Shown one piece after another: positions 1-9,938 of a stretch of DNA of 64,000 nt; position 1 is the first letter of the stretch; every line of letters begins with the position of its first letter. The notes under the pieces are model-generated. The model worked only from the letters and a program-made list of their open reading frames with translations, searched no databases and had not been told where the DNA came from. A program made the position numbers and the translations under genes. The stretch lies in NCBI GenBank assembly GCA_963745025.1, contig CAVUWD010000016.1, positions 128,001-192,000 of the forward strand. The letters run 5' to 3'. The stretch comes from an uncultured delta proteobacterium. Its GTDB lineage: Bacteria > Desulfobacterota > Binatia > JACPRU01.

Positions 1-2
1 GA

Positions 3-155
3 ACCTTCCACGAGGGAATCGATCTTCAGGCGCCCGTCGGCACGTCGGTGCACGCGGCGGAGGAGGGACGCGTCGTGTTAGCAGGAAGCCAAATCGGCGA
101 CTACGGCAGCTCACCAGTGCGGCGACCTTCATCGGCGGATCGCATCGGATCGTAG
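3..155 (+). pseudogene. 3' remnant of an M23 peptidase domain (5' end outside window), apparently truncated
   Basis: Frame from nt 3 reads TFHEGIDLQAPVGTSVHAAEEGRVVLAGSQIGDYG (HxGxD motif), then loses similarity and stops at 153-155 without the HxH motif; overlaps the 3' end of a convergent gene. Confidence 0.6.
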
Positions 156-502
156 AGATTTCCGTACACGCATTCGAGCAAGCTAACGCGGACTTGCTGG
201 GCGTTCAATCCGAGGACGTCGCACACCGCCTGGAACGAGAACGGCGAACCGTCGTCGCGGCAACGAATCCACCGTTCGGCCTCGCGAAACAGCTTCCGCC
301 CCGTATTGTCGGGAGCGTGGCGGTGCTTGAAGAAGCAGCTCGCGGCATCGAGCAGCATCGCCCAGAGGAGCCGTCGTTCCCCCAAAGCGATCCCAAACCG
401 ATTGCCGAAATCGATTTGGGCCGGGAGAATGACCTGGAGAATGACCTCCGGAAAGGACTCGAAGGCCTCGGCGGCCCCGGCTGCATCACGGTCGATTTGC
501 AT
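101..502 (-). CDS. Conserved-looking hypothetical protein
   Basis: 133-aa ORF with ILPAQ...GERRLLWAMLLDA...LFREAERWI...PFSFQAVCDVLGL, a pattern I recall from Binatota/deltaproteobacterial hypotheticals. Confidence 0.7.
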   Translation of the reverse strand: MQIDRDAAGAAEAFESFPEVILQVILPAQIDFGNRFGIALGERRLLWAMLLDAASCFFKHRHAPDNTGRKLFREAERWIRCRDDGSPFSFQAVCDVLGLNAQQVRVSLLECVYGNLYDPMRSADEGRRTGELP

Positions 503-809
503 AGCGTTCGGGGATTCGAACCCTGCCTCCGAGAGGAAGTTTCGAAGCTGAAGTGCAGGAAATTCATTTTTCTAGTTGCACACCCGCCGGAGCCCCGCCC
601 TTCTGCCGGTACCAGCGCAGGCCCCGCAGGTGGAGGTCAACGAGGGCCGTCGCCGGCGTCGCGGATCAGGGAGCTTCCGGGAAAGATGGTCGCGAGGATC
701 CAGCCCGGCGCCACTGCTGCGTCGTCAAAAGGCTGGCGCCGCGACACCCGTTGCCCACGCCCCGCGCACGTGCAACGCTCGGCATGAGTTGTTCGAGCTG
801 TCGATTCCC

Positions 810-1190
810 ATGTGCATAGCTACCATCGTGATTCGCCTACGTCGTGCCGCGACAACCGGGATCATCTCGGGGTTCATGCTCGCGGCGGCTGCTCACTCGG
901 GCACCGCAGACGAAATTCAGCACCTGCTCGACTACATCAGCGGCTCTGGCTGTATCTTCGTACGAAATGGCGTCGAATCCGATGCTGCCGCAGCGCGGAA
1001 ACACATTGAGTCCAAGTACGCGTATGCCAAAGGCCACGTGGGTTCGGCGGAAGATTTCATTCGCTTGCTGGCTTCTCGAAGCAGCATGACCGGCGAGCCC
1101 TACGTCGTGCGCTGCGGGAGCTCGCAGTTCCTGAGCGGGGATTGGCTCACGGACGAACTCCGCCGCTACCGGCCGGATCCGGGTCAGTGA
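810..1190 (+). CDS. DUF5329-like secreted protein
   Basis: Hydrophobic N-terminus then EIQHLLDYI..SGCIFVRNG...KHIESKY...SAEDFI..ASRSSMTGEPYVVRC; start uncertain. Confidence 0.75.
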   Translation: MCIATIVIRLRRAATTGIISGFMLAAAAHSGTADEIQHLLDYISGSGCIFVRNGVESDAAAARKHIESKYAYAKGHVGSAEDFIRLLASRSSMTGEPYVVRCGSSQFLSGDWLTDELRRYRPDPGQ

Positions 1191-1440
1191 AACACACCGC
1201 CGGTGCCAGAAACGCCGTCGGAGCGCGGCTTTACGCGGCGAGCGCGTCGAGGCATCGAGGCCGAACGAAATGTCTGCGAGCAGTGCCTCCGTAGGAAGGG
1301 AGGTGCTGCAGCGGCGTGCGAGTGTCTGCATCGCCACAGGGGGGGGTGGTCCTTTCGACACGATCCAGGTAAGGTGTCTCGGACACTGACTCCAGCCCCG
1401 AATCACCTGTCACGTCGTGGCCGGGGCTTCTCAAGCGGAC

Positions 1441-2292
1441 ATGGCTCTCACCAGACGAGAATTCATCAAGGTAACAGCAGCCGCGGCGGTTATGGGTGGG
1501 GGCGGCCTGGCTGCGGCTCTACCCCGGCCGGCTTTCGCCGGCTCCTTGGAGAAGACCGAGCCCGAGCATCGGGTCTTCATGGTTCACGACCTCGACCCGG
1601 CGCACGACGGTCTGCGCGTGGCCCAGCTCTCCGACATCCACGTCGGGGCGCGGACGCCACCTGAGCGCATCCGCGACGCTATCGCGCTCGCGAACGCATT
1701 CGACCCCGACCTGGTGGTGCTGACGGGCGACTACCTCTCGCGCGAGGAGCGTGGCGTGGGACTTATCGGCGAGCTCATGGGCGGCCTCTCCGCTCCAACC
1801 TTCGCCGTGCTCGGCAACCACGACCACTGGGTCGATCCGCTCGGCGCCACCGGAGCGCTGATGGCGCTAGGATACGAGGTGCTCTGCAACGAGAACACGA
1901 CCATCACCTTGCGCGGCGCGCCCCTCACGGTCATCGGCATCGACGATCGCCTCACCGGCAACGCCGCACCTGAGCGAGCCTTCGCGGGCGCCGGCCGCGG
2001 CTCGCGCATCGTGCTCGCCCACGGTCCGCGCACCGCCGACGACCTGGTGTCGCTCGGCGAGCCGCTTCTGTGCCTGTCGGGGCACACCCATGGCGGACAG
2101 ATCCACATCCCGGGTGTGACGCCTCTCATGCTCCGGGCTTTCGCGCACGAGCCCTACGATCAAGGGCTTTTCCAGGTGGGCCCGGTGCAGCTCTACGTGA
2201 ACCGAGGCGTCGGGAACGCCGCGTTTCGCCTCAGGGTCAACTCCGCGCCCGAGGTCACTCTGGCCGTGCTGCGCCGGCCTCAGGCCGCCTGA
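1441..2292 (+). CDS. Tat-exported calcineurin-like metallophosphoesterase (YkuE-like)
   Basis: TRREFIK twin-arginine signal; SDIHVG, LTGDY, LGNHD, LAH and SGHTHGGQ motifs. Confidence 0.9.
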   Translation: MALTRREFIKVTAAAAVMGGGGLAAALPRPAFAGSLEKTEPEHRVFMVHDLDPAHDGLRVAQLSDIHVGARTPPERIRDAIALANAFDPDLVVLTGDYLSREERGVGLIGELMGGLSAPTFAVLGNHDHWVDPLGATGALMALGYEVLCNENTTITLRGAPLTVIGIDDRLTGNAAPERAFAGAGRGSRIVLAHGPRTADDLVSLGEPLLCLSGHTHGGQIHIPGVTPLMLRAFAHEPYDQGLFQVGPVQLYVNRGVGNAAFRLRVNSAPEVTLAVLRRPQAA

Positions 2293-2679
2293 TCGCGCTC
2301 CGCACTCCCCTGAGATCGGGCCGAGAGCCTCGGACATTCAGTTGACGGAGAAAGACGCGCTGCCCCGGCTGCACGACGAGACGTCACATCCTTGTCATCG
2401 TGCACGCGGCCCGCTAGCGTTCGACCGTGCGGGGGGTCTGTAATCGGGCCACACGCCCCGCTCGAGGGGGTGGATTGGGAGCAACTTTGCAGAGAAGTCG
2501 TTATCCATCGCCGTGGGAATGGCTCTCAAATCGCATGCACTAGTGGAACGACCTCGCCCGCAAACTCATGCGCTACGTACGTCATCACGACCGCAACGCC
2601 AGGCCGATCAAGTGGGCTTATCGCGATCTCTCTCACAGGATTCTTCCGACTCTCGATTCCGCCGTTACAGTCCACTAGT

Positions 2680-3321
2680 ATGTCGCGTTCAACCCAGGAA
2701 ACGGTCAGCGCAGCAGGACAAGCTCCCGGTACGGCATCAGCGCGGGTCCGGAGTGGGGCAACGATACGGATTGCGGATTTCACGACCCTACCAAACCTCT
2801 TGTCGCTGACACGCATCGCCGGTGTCGCGGCGGCGGTCCTGCTCTACTTCGCGGGTCATCCCCGCGTTACGGTGATCCTGGGAACGGCAGCCTGCCTGAC
2901 CGATCATCTGGACGGTTATCTGGCCCGCCGCCTGTCGCAGGAGACCATGCTCGGAGAGATGCTCGATCAGGCCGCTGACAGCTTCACCATTGCCATCGCG
3001 ATGGCGATGCTCGTGATCGCCGGCGGCGTCCCGTTCGTGTTCCTACTGATTTTCCTGCTGCGCGAGTTCTGGGTCGCGACGATCCGGCGGTACGCCGCTC
3101 TGGCCAACGTCGAGATCCCGTCGCATATCTCGGGCAAGCTCGCGACGGCTGTCATTTACTGGGCCATGCTACTGATGGCGATCGCCCTGATGCTCGACGT
3201 CCCCGAGGCGATTGCCGCGTTCCTGCGCCCGCTTGCAGGATTCGGCATGGCGGTCGGGCTGGCGCTCAGCTGCCTGGCGGGCGTGCGCTACACGCTCGTA
3301 CTTGCAGGGAAGGCGCAGTGA
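2680..3321 (+). CDS. CDP-alcohol phosphatidyltransferase (PgsA-like)
   Basis: PNLLSLTR and DHLDGYLARR...GEMLDQAAD signature; hydrophobic helices. Confidence 0.9.
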   Translation: MSRSTQETVSAAGQAPGTASARVRSGATIRIADFTTLPNLLSLTRIAGVAAAVLLYFAGHPRVTVILGTAACLTDHLDGYLARRLSQETMLGEMLDQAADSFTIAIAMAMLVIAGGVPFVFLLIFLLREFWVATIRRYAALANVEIPSHISGKLATAVIYWAMLLMAIALMLDVPEAIAAFLRPLAGFGMAVGLALSCLAGVRYTLVLAGKAQ

Positions 3322-4469
3322 CATCCGGAACCGTGCCGCGAGCAACGGCGGAGGTGCTGCTTTGTCCGGGTCCCGTCATGCTCTCGCCGGGCGTCAAGGC
3401 GGCGCTCGCACAGTGCGAGATCGGCCACAGAGACGCGCGCTTCTCCGAGCTTGTCGCACGCCTGCGCCGCAACTGCGGCCTGGTGCTGGGTGCGAACGAA
3501 GGGCACAGCGTCGTCTTCATCACGGGTCCTGCGACGGCAGGAATCGAGGCGGCATGCGCGTCGCTTTTCCCGGCAGACGCGTCGGTGATCGTCCCGGTGA
3601 ACGGGACTTTCGGGGCGCGGATCGCGGACATCCTGAAGGTCCATGGTGTGCCTTGCGTTCCAATCGACTTCGGATTTGGGCAGCCTTTCGACCTCGCACG
3701 AATCAAGGCCGCGGTGACTGAGCAGCGCCGGGCGGGATTTCCGGCGGCTCTGGCGATGACGCACCACGAGACCTCCGCCGGCCTGATCAATCCGGTGGCC
3801 GAGGTCTGCGCGCTCGCGCGCCGCTACGGACTGAAGACACTGGTCGACGCGACGTGCAGCGCGGGTGCCGAAGACCTCGACGTCACGCGCGACGGGATCG
3901 ACGTGTGCATCACTTCTTCGGGGAAGTGCCTGCACGCTCCGCCGGGCGTCGCTCTCGTCTGCGTGCGCCGTGACATGCTCTCGGCGCGCGTCGGGGCGTC
4001 CCCGCGGAGCTACTCCCTGGACTTGTTGCGTCACCACGACCAACTCGAGGCAAATTTACAAACCCCGTTCACGCCTGCGGTTCCGCTGTTCGTCGCGCTG
4101 GACCGGGCCGTCGAGGAACTGCTGGGACAGGGAGTCGCGAACCGCCGCCGCTCGTACCTGCATCGCCGCGCTTTTCTCGCCGCGGGTCTGCGACGCCTCG
4201 GGCTGCCGCTACTCCGTCTGCCGGCGGGCAACGAGGCCTGCTCGATACTCACGGTCGGGGTTCCGCAGCCGCTTGGCTTCGACGCTATGTATCGGGCGAT
4301 GCGCGAACGGGGCTACGTCATCTACGGGGCTAAGCCGCCGCTGGCGCCGAACTATTTCCAGCTCGGCGTCATGGGAGACCTGACCGAAGCCGACCTGTCC
4401 GGTTTCCTCGAGGGACTCGAGTCTTTCCTCTCCAGGCCAGCCGGGCGTTGCAGCGCCGCGACGGCTTAG
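3318..4469 (+). CDS. Class V PLP aminotransferase (PhnW/AEP-transaminase-like)
   Basis: LLCPGP, HHETSAGLINP, VDAT, SSGKCL (PLP Lys), TPFTP; GTGA overlap with the upstream gene. Confidence 0.88.
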   Translation: MTSGTVPRATAEVLLCPGPVMLSPGVKAALAQCEIGHRDARFSELVARLRRNCGLVLGANEGHSVVFITGPATAGIEAACASLFPADASVIVPVNGTFGARIADILKVHGVPCVPIDFGFGQPFDLARIKAAVTEQRRAGFPAALAMTHHETSAGLINPVAEVCALARRYGLKTLVDATCSAGAEDLDVTRDGIDVCITSSGKCLHAPPGVALVCVRRDMLSARVGASPRSYSLDLLRHHDQLEANLQTPFTPAVPLFVALDRAVEELLGQGVANRRRSYLHRRAFLAAGLRRLGLPLLRLPAGNEACSILTVGVPQPLGFDAMYRAMRERGYVIYGAKPPLAPNYFQLGVMGDLTEADLSGFLEGLESFLSRPAGRCSAATA

Positions 4470-4470
4470 C

Positions 4471-4995
4471 GTGACGGCACGGGGGTCGCGGCCAGCGCGC
4501 CGCCCGATGTTCGACCCGGCCATCAACCGGAGAGTGTTCGGCGACTGGCGCCACTGCCTGGCATTCGGCTTCGGCAGCGGGCTTGCCCGCTTCGCGCCCG
4601 GCACGTTCGGGACGCTGGTCGCGATCCCGCTGTACATCTTCATGGCTCACTTGCCTGCGCGGTCGTACGCGGTCACAGTGGCCGGTGCATTCGCCCTCGG
4701 GGTCTGGGTGTGCGACACCGTGTCCCGTGATCTGGGCGTGCACGACCACGGCGGCATCGTGTTCGACGAATTCGTGGGCTACTGGATTACGATGTTCCTG
4801 CTACCCGTCAACTGGACCTGGGTGCTGGCAGGATTCGCCATGTTTCGCCTCTTCGACATCTGGAAACCCGGGCCGATCCGGTGGTGCGACCGAAACGTGG
4901 AGGGCGGCTTCGGCATCATGCTGGACGATGTCGTCGCAGGCTTGTGCGCGTGCCTCGTGCTGCACGGTCTGCGCATCGCAATGGGCGCGTCGTAG
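4471..4995 (+). CDS. pgpA: Phosphatidylglycerophosphatase A
   Basis: GSGL..APGTFGTL, DHGGIVFDEFVG, FRLFDIWKPGP, GGFGIMLDDVVAG. Confidence 0.92.
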   Translation: MTARGSRPARRPMFDPAINRRVFGDWRHCLAFGFGSGLARFAPGTFGTLVAIPLYIFMAHLPARSYAVTVAGAFALGVWVCDTVSRDLGVHDHGGIVFDEFVGYWITMFLLPVNWTWVLAGFAMFRLFDIWKPGPIRWCDRNVEGGFGIMLDDVVAGLCACLVLHGLRIAMGAS

Positions 4996-5073
4996 CAATG
5001 TGGGCATGCTTGCGCTTAGTGTGAAACTCTCCCCGGTGATTGATTCACTGAGGAGCAACATCAACGACCGGAA

Positions 5074-6084
5074 CTACGACTTGCGCGATGTCGCCTTCAC
5101 CATCAGCGTCTTCCCCTCTTGGACGACCTCGTCCCTCTGGTTCAGGATCTGAAATCCGTAAGTGATGATCCCGCGGTCTGGTTTGCTCCGCGAGACCCTC
5201 GTTTCTGAAATCCTGTACAGGCAGCGGATCGTGTCGCCGATCCTGACCGGCGCGTGAAACACCGAGTTGTCGTTGAGATGCCCGGCGTCTTTCGAGCTGT
5301 CGCTGCTCTTCGTGCGCATGACGCCTCCGTCGCGGGTCCAGAGCCCGAAAGCCGCGGTGAAGACGAGCATGGCCGGCACGATCCTCCCCTTGAAGGGCCC
5401 CTGTCCGGCGAAGCTCTCGTCCACGTAGAGCGGGTTGTAGTCTCCGGTGAGCCCGGCGAAATTCACCACATCGGTCTCCGTGATCGTTCGTCCGGCGCTG
5501 ACGCCTCCTTGTCCTACGGGGAAGTCCTCGAGGTTGTAGATTCCATCCGCATCGAACTCGAACTCCTTCACGGCCCACCGGGCGGGCGACTTGAATTCGA
5601 GGGGCGCCGCGACACTGGCCGCGGACCTCCTCGGCACTTCGAGATCGAAGGAGCCGTCGTACATGGCTCGGTTCTCCTGGGTCACGAGCCGAAAATCGGT
5701 TCGCACGATTCCGAGCGCGGGGTGAAGGGGGGCGTCTCGCCGCTCGGCAACTTTCCACTCGACACGAACCGTGTCGCCGAGCCGGATCGCGTCGCGGTAG
5801 TTCGCGTCGAACCCGCAAAGGTAGCTTCCGGGCACGTTTCGGCCGACCGCGTGCGGGGCATCGAGCGAGAGTAGGCCGGCCGCGAGCGAGGTGCCGAGGA
5901 GGCCGTGGGCGATCCTGCCGCCGTACGGCCCTTCCATCGTGGGGTGGTGGGCCAGATGCACGTAGGAGTAGTCGCAGGTGATGCACCCGAAGCTCACGAT
6001 CTCGGGTTCACCGACGGTGCGCATCCGGCTGACGCCGGTTTGGCCGGGTTCGTAGTCTTCAAGGAACTCGTGCCTCTTCTTCAT
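5074..6084 (-). CDS. Tandem double MaoC/hot-dog dehydratase
   Basis: Two MaoC repeats (EDYEPGQ...TCDYSYVH...RIAHG and EDFPVGQ...LTGDYNPLY...PVRIGDT); start placed at MKKRHEF. Confidence 0.82.
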   Translation of the reverse strand: MKKRHEFLEDYEPGQTGVSRMRTVGEPEIVSFGCITCDYSYVHLAHHPTMEGPYGGRIAHGLLGTSLAAGLLSLDAPHAVGRNVPGSYLCGFDANYRDAIRLGDTVRVEWKVAERRDAPLHPALGIVRTDFRLVTQENRAMYDGSFDLEVPRRSAASVAAPLEFKSPARWAVKEFEFDADGIYNLEDFPVGQGGVSAGRTITETDVVNFAGLTGDYNPLYVDESFAGQGPFKGRIVPAMLVFTAAFGLWTRDGGVMRTKSSDSSKDAGHLNDNSVFHAPVRIGDTIRCLYRISETRVSRSKPDRGIITYGFQILNQRDEVVQEGKTLMVKATSRKS

Positions 6085-6538
6085 TCGAACCCCCTTCCAA
6101 CGCAGTTGGTTGCCGAAAGCCGTGCTCAGAGCCGCTCGCGTCGGCATCTCTTTCGATGAGCCCCAACGCCGCGCGAGAAGCGAGCTCGAGACCGTGCGAT
6201 GCGACAGCAGCCGCCAACGCCCGCCCAGCTTCGCATAGACGCGAACGTACTCGATCGAGTGCTCGGTCGGATCAGCCGGCGGCTCACGAACCACACGAAG
6301 CGTCCCGCCCGCGACGGCGACGTCGCCCGATTTGAAGGTCGCGGGCGTTCCATGGCTCTTTTTCCGCACGTCTTACGGCGGAAGTCGAGTCAACGGGTAA
6401 CGGTGGCGTCAGGTGCGGCACCAAGCGGCTCTAAGCGTTTCCGACGGGCGACGAGATGCTCGCTCTCGTGCTCGAAGCTCGACCGTAGCAGGGAGGGAAT
6501 TGGCACCGGGCGCGTCACTCGTGGTACGGAGGCGATCG

Positions 6539-7248
6539 GTGCGCTGTTCGGTCTGCTCCACTGAGAATCCCGCGGAAGACCGCTCTTGCGAGCAGTGCGG
6601 AGCGGCTCTTTCCGCGGAGTGTCCCGGCTGCGGGCGTCCGGTCCGGGCGGGCGCCCGCTTCTGCGGCGGATGCGACCACCGGCTCGGGCGCGAGGAAGCG
6701 CCCGTGTCGCCGCCGCCGCCACCGGTCGTCGAGGCGAAGCGGCCTTACACCCCGAAGCATCTCGCCGAGAAGATCCTCACCAGCCGAAGCGCCCTCGAGG
6801 GCGAGCGGCGCGTGGTCACGGTACTCTTCGCCGACTGCGCGGGATTCACCTCGATTGCCGAGAAGCTCGATCCCGAGGACGTCCACCGGATCATGGAGGG
6901 CTGCTTCGAGCGGATCGCCGCCGAGATCCACCGCTTCGAGGGAACGATCAACCAGTATCGGGGCGACGGCGTCATGGCACTTTTCGGCGCGCCGATCGCG
7001 CACGAGGACGGACCGCGGAGGGCGGCGCACGCGGCGCTCGGCGACGGCCGATCGTCTTCGTGTTCGAGGACCTCCACTGGGTCGACACGAGCAGCGAGGA
7101 GTTCTTGAAGCAATTCTTCGACACGGTGGCGGCGTCTCGGGAGCGCGCTTCCCTCTCCCAGGATTGCGGGCTGAATCCCGCAGAGTTTGGACACGTGGTT
7201 GCAGCTCCGGCGCGAAGCGCCATAGCTGCGGAAGGAAAACGCAGATGA
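6539..7248 (+). pseudogene. Internally deleted zinc-ribbon / class III adenylate-guanylate cyclase / AAA-ATPase gene
   Basis: Four CxxC pairs, GERRVVTVLFAD, GDGVMALFGAPIAHED; near 7040 the sequence jumps in another frame to RPIVFVFEDLHWVD (Walker B region), then decays. Confidence 0.8.
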
Positions 7249-8081
7249 CCATCGAATTCAGCGACGTGAAATTGGACTACATCACAATCGCCGAGGCACG
7301 CCGGATGTCAGGCCTGCGTATCGTGCTGGGCGCATATCCGATCCCGGGGCCGTGGCGTGAATCGTGTAAAGGCGTCTTTTACGTGAAGAGCCTCAAATAC
7401 GTGCCGGTGCGCACCGGGAACGAGGGCTCGTCCGATCTCGCGCTCGGCATGGGCGGCACGCAGACGGAACTGATCGAGTGGACCGGACAGGCTAGCGCCC
7501 CGGTCGTCGCCTGGAACGACGAACGACCGCGCGGGAGCTGGATCGATCAGTTGAACCTCGCCGAGCGCCTGGCCCCGAATCCGCCCTTGATTCCAGTGGA
7601 CGTCGACGAGCGTGCCCGGATGTTCGGTCTCGCCAACGAACTGCTAGGCGAGAATGGGATGGTCTGGGTCAAGCGCCTGCTGATGGTAGACGGTCCGCTC
7701 AAGTCCCTGTCCGCCGACGACCCGCAGCGCGGTTTCTGGATCTTTCTCGGCGAAAAGTACGGGTACAGCCGGGCGGCGGCCGGACGGGCCGCGCAACGCA
7801 TCGAGGCCATCGTGACTGCGTTTGCGAGTCAACTGACCTCCCAGCATGAGCGCGGCAGACGCTATCTCATCGGCGACCGCCTCTCTGCCCTCGATGTCTA
7901 CTGGGCCGCCTGCTGCGGCATCCTCGATCCCATGCCGCGCGAGCGATGTCCGATGGCCGACGCCTTCCGTGGAACCTACGGCAACACCGATCCGCGCATC
8001 GACAAGGCGTTGACACGGGAGCTGCGTGGGCATCGGGATTTCATCTACGACGACCACCTCGAAATGCCGATCGTGTTCTGA
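7245..8081 (+). CDS. GST-like hypothetical protein
   Basis: PGPWRESCKG N-terminal motif and C-terminal RYLIGDRLSALDVYWA typical of GST C-domains. Confidence 0.7.
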   Translation: MTIEFSDVKLDYITIAEARRMSGLRIVLGAYPIPGPWRESCKGVFYVKSLKYVPVRTGNEGSSDLALGMGGTQTELIEWTGQASAPVVAWNDERPRGSWIDQLNLAERLAPNPPLIPVDVDERARMFGLANELLGENGMVWVKRLLMVDGPLKSLSADDPQRGFWIFLGEKYGYSRAAAGRAAQRIEAIVTAFASQLTSQHERGRRYLIGDRLSALDVYWAACCGILDPMPRERCPMADAFRGTYGNTDPRIDKALTRELRGHRDFIYDDHLEMPIVF

Positions 8082-8244
8082 ATTCCCCCTCGGCGCGTGT
8101 CCACGCTCTTACGCCCGAACGTCAGCACCGCTTGGCGGTCTGGCGGCTCCTCTTCTGTCTCTACCTTGCGTGCCACGACCTTGCCGCGGGTGTTTTGCCT
8201 GGCCTGGGCTTTGTGGGCTATATCGAACCGGCGCGTCCAAAGCC

Positions 8245-8547
8245 TTACTTTGCGAGCCGGGGATCGTCGCTAGCGATGCACTGCGCTTCGATGAAGTCGA
8301 TCCAAAGCAACTTCTCAAGCTCCCGCTCGCCTCCTGCGGGATGGAATTTCTGTTCTTTACCCTCGCGTTGGCCCCGCGCCTTTGCCTGTTGGCATGAGTC
8401 AGCGCGATCGAAGGCTCCGGTAACCGTCCATTGGTTCAACGGTGCTTCAATATCTACGTACGACCTCCCGCCAGGCGCTTCGCGGATGGGAGCTAGCATT
8501 AAGTACCACCCGAGCAGAGCGAGTGCGGCGGCGTGAGGGGACTTCAT
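8245..8547 (-). CDS. Small exported hypothetical protein with two Cys
   Basis: HAAALALLGWYLMLAP...FDRADSC...QCIASDDPRLAK. Confidence 0.7.
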   Translation of the reverse strand: MKSPHAAALALLGWYLMLAPIREAPGGRSYVDIEAPLNQWTVTGAFDRADSCQQAKARGQREGKEQKFHPAGGERELEKLLWIDFIEAQCIASDDPRLAK

Positions 8548-9179
8548 GTCTTCCAGTACATTCTTCGTCGCACGGCCACTCGCTGGCGGCTGATCTTCGC
8601 CCGTCCGTCGCCTTAAAGCCACCAACGCGGACCTTCGGCCGCAACCAAGGCGGCGGCGCCCGGGAGTGCCTGCATGACGCACCGCGAAAGTTCTTTGCAA
8701 GCCGCAAAGAATCTATACCATGAGGCGTACCACGAAGATGCTCGTATTTCAGGGCTCTCGTTGTCGCGAGAGAAGTTCGACCGCGTCATCGCGGCTGGTG
8801 AACGTGCCGCTACTTGTGCACTGGAGCGCGTCCCGGCGAGTTTGAAGGCTGCCACCACGCTGCGCGCCCGGATTTCGCGGCCAATTGGCAGCTCCGGGTC
8901 CAGGTGATACTCCTATTTCCAGAGTGAGGTGACCATGGGAACAAGAGTTCGTCTGTGGGGATCGATCGCGATGCTCTCGCTCGTCGCGCCGGTGACCGCC
9001 AGATCGCAGGCGCTCGCCCGCCCCAAGGGGGTACCGCAAAACGACCGTTGGGTGAGCTCATGCTCGCCCCGCTCTTTGCTGGGAGCGAATTTGGATTGCA
9101 TGCCGCTCAAGGTATGGCGATCCTCGTCATGGTTGCGGCACTGTGGGCCGCCGGTGGGCGAGCGGCATCGGAGCGGGAC

Positions 9180-9797
9180 ATGACACTTAAATTGCTCTTC
9201 TGGGGATTATTGGCGCTCGCAATTCCGGCGGAAATTTTCGCGGCGCCCTCGTACGACGGAAACTCCGGCGCGTTAAAAAACGCAGTTATTCTCATCATCC
9301 GGCACGCCGAAGAACCGGATGATGGCTATGGGTTGTCCCCAGTGGGCGACGCTCGCGCTCAGGCTTACGTTAATTATTTCAAGAATTTCACGGTTGACGG
9401 ACAGCCGTTGAAACTGGACTACCTGTTCGCCGCCAAGGATTCCCCCAACAGTCATCGCCCGCGCCTCACCATCGAACCGCTCGCCAAGGCACTCGGTCTC
9501 ACGGTTGACACCCGGTTCGATAACAAACAATTTCTGAAATTGGTCGATGAAATTCAGAGCCGGCCACACGGTACCAACATCTTGATCTGCTGGCATCACG
9601 GGACAATTCCCCAGCTACTGAGCGCGCTGGGTGCTGATCCCAAAAAACTCCTTCCCGACGGCAAATGGCCGGACGATGTGTTCGGCTGGCTGATTCAGTT
9701 GCGCTACGACGAGAACGGTCGTTTGTTTGAAAGTAAACGCATCAACGAAAATTTGTCATCTGATGATTCGGCCAAACATGTCCGGGCTGCGGCTTGA
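9180..9797 (+). CDS. Secreted histidine-phosphatase-superfamily protein
   Basis: Signal peptide, IIRHAE, LSPVG..RA, RPRLTIEPLA, ILICWHH; visibly more AT-rich than its flanks. Confidence 0.78.
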   Translation: MTLKLLFWGLLALAIPAEIFAAPSYDGNSGALKNAVILIIRHAEEPDDGYGLSPVGDARAQAYVNYFKNFTVDGQPLKLDYLFAAKDSPNSHRPRLTIEPLAKALGLTVDTRFDNKQFLKLVDEIQSRPHGTNILICWHHGTIPQLLSALGADPKKLLPDGKWPDDVFGWLIQLRYDENGRLFESKRINENLSSDDSAKHVRAAA

Positions 9798-9938
9798 TAA
9801 ACGCTTGTTGGCCGGCGATGGAGAAATAGACGCATTCTCAATTTTTCAGACACTCTGACTCCGGAACACGCAATTTCCTCTAGATGCGGAGAGGTGATAG
9901 GGCGAATCCCAACCAGTTCGGAAAAGACGGAGGAGATC

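Noticed and set aside
505-532. GGGTTCGAATCCC T-loop-like motif on the minus strand
   Set aside because: No acceptor, D or anticodon arms could be built around it; not called a tRNA
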